From Pseudomonadota bacterium (GTDB lineage Bacteria; Pseudomonadota; Alphaproteobacteria; Rhodospirillales; 2-02-FULL-58-16), in contig JACZWD010000002.1 in assembly GCA_022572335.1 (NCBI GenBank), positions 1 to 36,002 of the forward strand: DNA of 36,002 bases. Reading direction: 5' to 3'. Positions 33,300 to 36,002 of this stretch are shown one piece after another (positions within the stretch are counted from its first letter, which is position 1; each line of letters opens with the position of its first letter). The notes under the pieces are model-generated. The model worked only from the letters and a program-made list of their open reading frames with translations. It did no database searches and was not told the DNA's origin. The translations under genes were made by a program, and so were the position numbers.

Positions 33300-33800
33300 A
33301 TGGCGGACAAAGCGGCGAAAGAGAAAACGGACGAAGGAACGCGCACCTTCCTGTGCGTGGTCGACGAAAGCGAGGAGCTGGCCCAGGCGCTGCGCTTCGC
33401 CTGCCGCCGCGCCGTGCACTCGAACGGCCGCGTCGCCCTGCTCTATGTGGTCGGGCCGGCCGAGTTCCAGCACTGGGCGGCCGTCGGCGACCTGATGCGC
33501 GAGGAGCGCCGGGAGGAGGCCGAGGAGATGCTCCAGGTCGTGGCCTCGGTGGTGCAGAAGCAAACCGGCCACACGCCCGTCATCTACATCCGCGAAGGCA
33601 AGATCACCGAGGAACTGATCACCTTGATCGACGACGAAGACAACGACATCTCGGTGCTCGTCCTCGGCGCCGCCACCGGGCCGGAAGGCCCGGGACCCCT
33701 GGTCTCCGACCTCGTCGGCAAAATGGCCGGACGGCTGCGCGTTCCCATCACCATCGTCCCGGGCTCCCTCACCGACGAGCAGATCGACGCCATCACGTGA
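33300..33800 (+). CDS. Universal stress protein (UspA family)
   Basis: FLCVVDESEE...ALLYVV...ISVLVLGA..G.GPGPLVS.LVGKMAGRLRVPITIVPG is the typical Usp alpha/beta pattern. ATG at 33300. Confidence 0.8.
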   Translation: MADKAAKEKTDEGTRTFLCVVDESEELAQALRFACRRAVHSNGRVALLYVVGPAEFQHWAAVGDLMREERREEAEEMLQVVASVVQKQTGHTPVIYIREGKITEELITLIDDEDNDISVLVLGAATGPEGPGPLVSDLVGKMAGRLRVPITIVPGSLTDEQIDAIT

Positions 33801-33981
33801 GCGCCGAGTAGCCTTTATCAGCTAAATTGCGCCCACCGACGGCGGTCTTCCGGGGGCGTCCGGCCGGGCGCCTGGCGGTCCGGGCGTTCAACGGCCGGCG
33901 CAACCGGCGTAAGGTAGGGGCCGCGGTGGCCTGTGGACCGCCGCCGCCGGAGACACCCGAGCCGGCCCTGAGGAATCCACG

Positions 33982-35583
33982 ATGACCGCCGGAGCAGAGC
34001 TCGCCGCCGTCGACGTGGCCATCGTCGCCGCGTACTTCATCGCCGTCCTCGCCCACGGGCTGTGGGTGGGCCGCGGCGAGCGCGACGCGCTCGACTATTT
34101 CCTCGCCGGGCGTACCCTGCCGTGGGCCCTGATCGGCTTTTCCCTGTATGCGTCGAACATGTCGGGGGCCAGCTTCGTCGGCCTCATGGGGGCGTCCTAC
34201 GCCCACGGCATGGTGGTCTTCAACTACGAGTGGACGGCGGCCCTGGTCCTCATCTTCTTCGCGCTGTTCATGGCGCCGGTGTTCCTGCGCACCGGCCTCT
34301 ATACGGTGCCCGAGTACCTGGAGCGGCGGTTCGATGCGCGCTCGCGCTATGCCTATGCGCTGTTCACCGTCCTCACCATCATGTTCATCGACACCGCCGG
34401 CGCCCTCTATGCCGGCGGCATCGTCATCACCACCGCCGTCCCCGGCCTCGAATTGTGGCAGGCGAGCGCCGCGCTGGCGCTGTTCGCCGGGGTCTACACC
34501 ATCTTCGGCGGGCTCAAGGCGGTGGTCGTCACCGACACCGTGCAGGCGGTGATCATGATGGCCGGCGCCGCGGCCATCTGCGTCATCGGACTCGACGCGG
34601 TGGGCGGCTGGGACCGGCTCTTCGAGGGGCTGGACGAGACCAAAACCCGCCTGATCATGCCCGCCGACGACGGCTTCCTGCCGTGGCCGGGGATCGGCGG
34701 CGTCGTCATCCTCGGCTTCTACTACTGGACCCTGAACCAGTACTTCGTGCAGCGCATGCTGGCGGCGCGCAGCCTAGCCGACGCGCGCCGGGGGGCGCTC
34801 TTCGGCGGGCTCCTCAAGCTCCCCAACGTCTTCCTCATGATCATCCCGGGGATGATCGCGATCCAACTCTTCCCCGGCCTCGACAGCCCCGACCGGGTGT
34901 TCCCGGCGCTCGCCTTCGAGCTGCTGCCGGCGGGGTTCAGGGGGCTCATCCTGACCGCCCTCGTCGCCGCCATCATGTCGAGCCTGGACAGCGCCCTCAA
35001 CGCCGCGGCGTCGCTGGTGACCATGGACTTCGTCCGGCCCCTGCGTCCGCGCACCTCGCCGCGCACCCTGCTGGTCATCGGCCGCGTGGTGACCGCCGTC
35101 GCCATGGTCGTCGCGGCCGCCTATGCGCCCCTGATCCGCGACTTCGGATCCCTCTTCCAGTACTTCCAGTCGACCCTGGCCTACCTGGTGCCGCCCATCG
35201 TCGCCGTCTATTTCGTCGGCATCTTCTGGCGGCGCGCCACGGCCACCGGCGCGTTCTCGGCCCTGGTCTCGGGCCTCGCCCTGGGGCTGACGCTTTTCAT
35301 CCTCAAGGAGGTGACGGGCGTATGGTCGGCCCTCGGCCTGCCCGACGTGCACTTCACCTACATGGCGCTTAGCCTGTGCGCCTTCGCCGCGCTGGTGACG
35401 GCCGCCGTCAGCCTCGCCGGCCCGGCGCCCCCGGCCGCGGCCGTCGCCGAGGCCACCTTCCGCCGGTCCGACCTGGGCGCCGGCGCCCCGGGGGCGGAGC
35501 CCCGGCCCTGGTACCTGGACCACCGGTGGCAGGCCGCCGGCCTCGGCCTGGTCATGACCGGCACCATCGCCGCCTTCTGGTAA
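33982..35583 (+). CDS. Sodium:solute symporter family (SSF/SGLT-like) transporter
   Basis: 533 aa with about 13 TM segments. Contains DYFLAGRTLPW, SNMSGASFVG and TVPEYLERRF motifs. ATG at 33982 is preceded by GAGGAA. Confidence 0.9.
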   Translation: MTAGAELAAVDVAIVAAYFIAVLAHGLWVGRGERDALDYFLAGRTLPWALIGFSLYASNMSGASFVGLMGASYAHGMVVFNYEWTAALVLIFFALFMAPVFLRTGLYTVPEYLERRFDARSRYAYALFTVLTIMFIDTAGALYAGGIVITTAVPGLELWQASAALALFAGVYTIFGGLKAVVVTDTVQAVIMMAGAAAICVIGLDAVGGWDRLFEGLDETKTRLIMPADDGFLPWPGIGGVVILGFYYWTLNQYFVQRMLAARSLADARRGALFGGLLKLPNVFLMIIPGMIAIQLFPGLDSPDRVFPALAFELLPAGFRGLILTALVAAIMSSLDSALNAAASLVTMDFVRPLRPRTSPRTLLVIGRVVTAVAMVVAAAYAPLIRDFGSLFQYFQSTLAYLVPPIVAVYFVGIFWRRATATGAFSALVSGLALGLTLFILKEVTGVWSALGLPDVHFTYMALSLCAFAALVTAAVSLAGPAPPAAAVAEATFRRSDLGAGAPGAEPRPWYLDHRWQAAGLGLVMTGTIAAFW

Positions 35584-35616
35584 GGCCGGAATCGATGACC
35601 TGATCCTGAACGGACT

Positions 35617-36002
35617 CTAACCCTTCGCCCGGATCTTCGCCCAGGTGTCGCGCAGGGCGACGGTGCGGTTGAACACCAGTGCCCCGGGTGTCGAATCGGG
35701 GTCGAGACAGAAATACCCCTGCCGTTCGAACTGCACCGTCTCGCCGGGTACGGCGTCGGCCAAACCGGGTTCCAGGCGGCACTCCCGGAGCACGTCGACC
35801 GAGCGCGGCCTGAGGTCGCCGACCATGTCGCCGCCGGCGCCCGGGTCCGGCCGGGTGAACAGTTGATCGTAGATGCGCACCTCCGCCCCTACGGCATGCG
35901 CGGCCGAGACCCAATGGAGCGTCGCCTTGACCTTGCGTCCGTCGGGGGATTTTCCGCCGCGGCTCGCCGGGTCGTAGGTGCAGCGCAGCTCGGTCACGTC
36001 CC
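35617..36002 (-). CDS. glnS: Glutamine--tRNA ligase, C-terminal part (gene continues beyond the window end)
   Basis: [12 protein letters not shown]...[17 protein letters not shown]...VRIYDQLF...[10 protein letters not shown] is the GlnS anticodon-binding C-terminus. The stop is TAG at 35617-35619. Confidence 0.9.
   Translation of the reverse strand, partial: DVTELRCTYDPASRGGKSPDGRKVKATLHWVSAAHAVGAEVRIYDQLFTRPDPGAGGDMVGDLRPRSVDVLRECRLEPGLADAVPGETVQFERQGYFCLDPDSTPGALVFNRTVALRDTWAKIRAKG

Overview
This is a high-GC chromosomal segment. Hand counts give about 70-75 % G+C in core genes, and gene content suggests an alphaproteobacterium, possibly Rhodospirillales-like (inference only). Most of the window is housekeeping.

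- **Minus-strand cluster, 55-11649:** mazG, then MBL-hydrolase/tatD/metG/holB/tmk/D-Ala-D-Ala carboxypeptidase/rlpA/lytic transglycosylase/ydcF. Several junctions use GTGA stop/start overlaps.
- **Middle of the window:** tRNA-Ser(UGA), a DsbA-family oxidoreductase, then mfd-sdhE divergent from recG.
- **Right half:** a DUF502 membrane protein, two GGDEF-EAL genes, a tusA / tauE / TM-protein / usp group, an SSF symporter and the 3' end of glnS.

No CRISPR array, rRNA, transposase or integrase was seen. The large Arg/Gly/Pro-rich ORFs antisense to real genes are high-GC shadow frames.

The accessory or odd spots are:
1. A toxin-first RelE/ParE-XRE cassette (15067-15755) bracketed by 48-bp direct repeats that duplicate part of the mfd 3' coding end.
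2. An orphan HerA/DUF87-type ATPase with no NurA, Sir2 or nuclease partner, followed by a Nudix hydrolase. Its control region contains a 15-nt x3 tandem repeat.
3. A two-gene insert at about 55 % G+C (1106-2190) encoding a Thr/Gly-rich protein I cannot place.
4. A low-GC mini-island next to tRNA-Ser carrying a GIY-YIG gene and a small secreted protein.
5. A gene whose only good SD+ATG and signal peptide are out of frame with its body.
6. A 400-bp convergent intergenic gap with no explanation.

All functional ideas attached to these are hypotheses.
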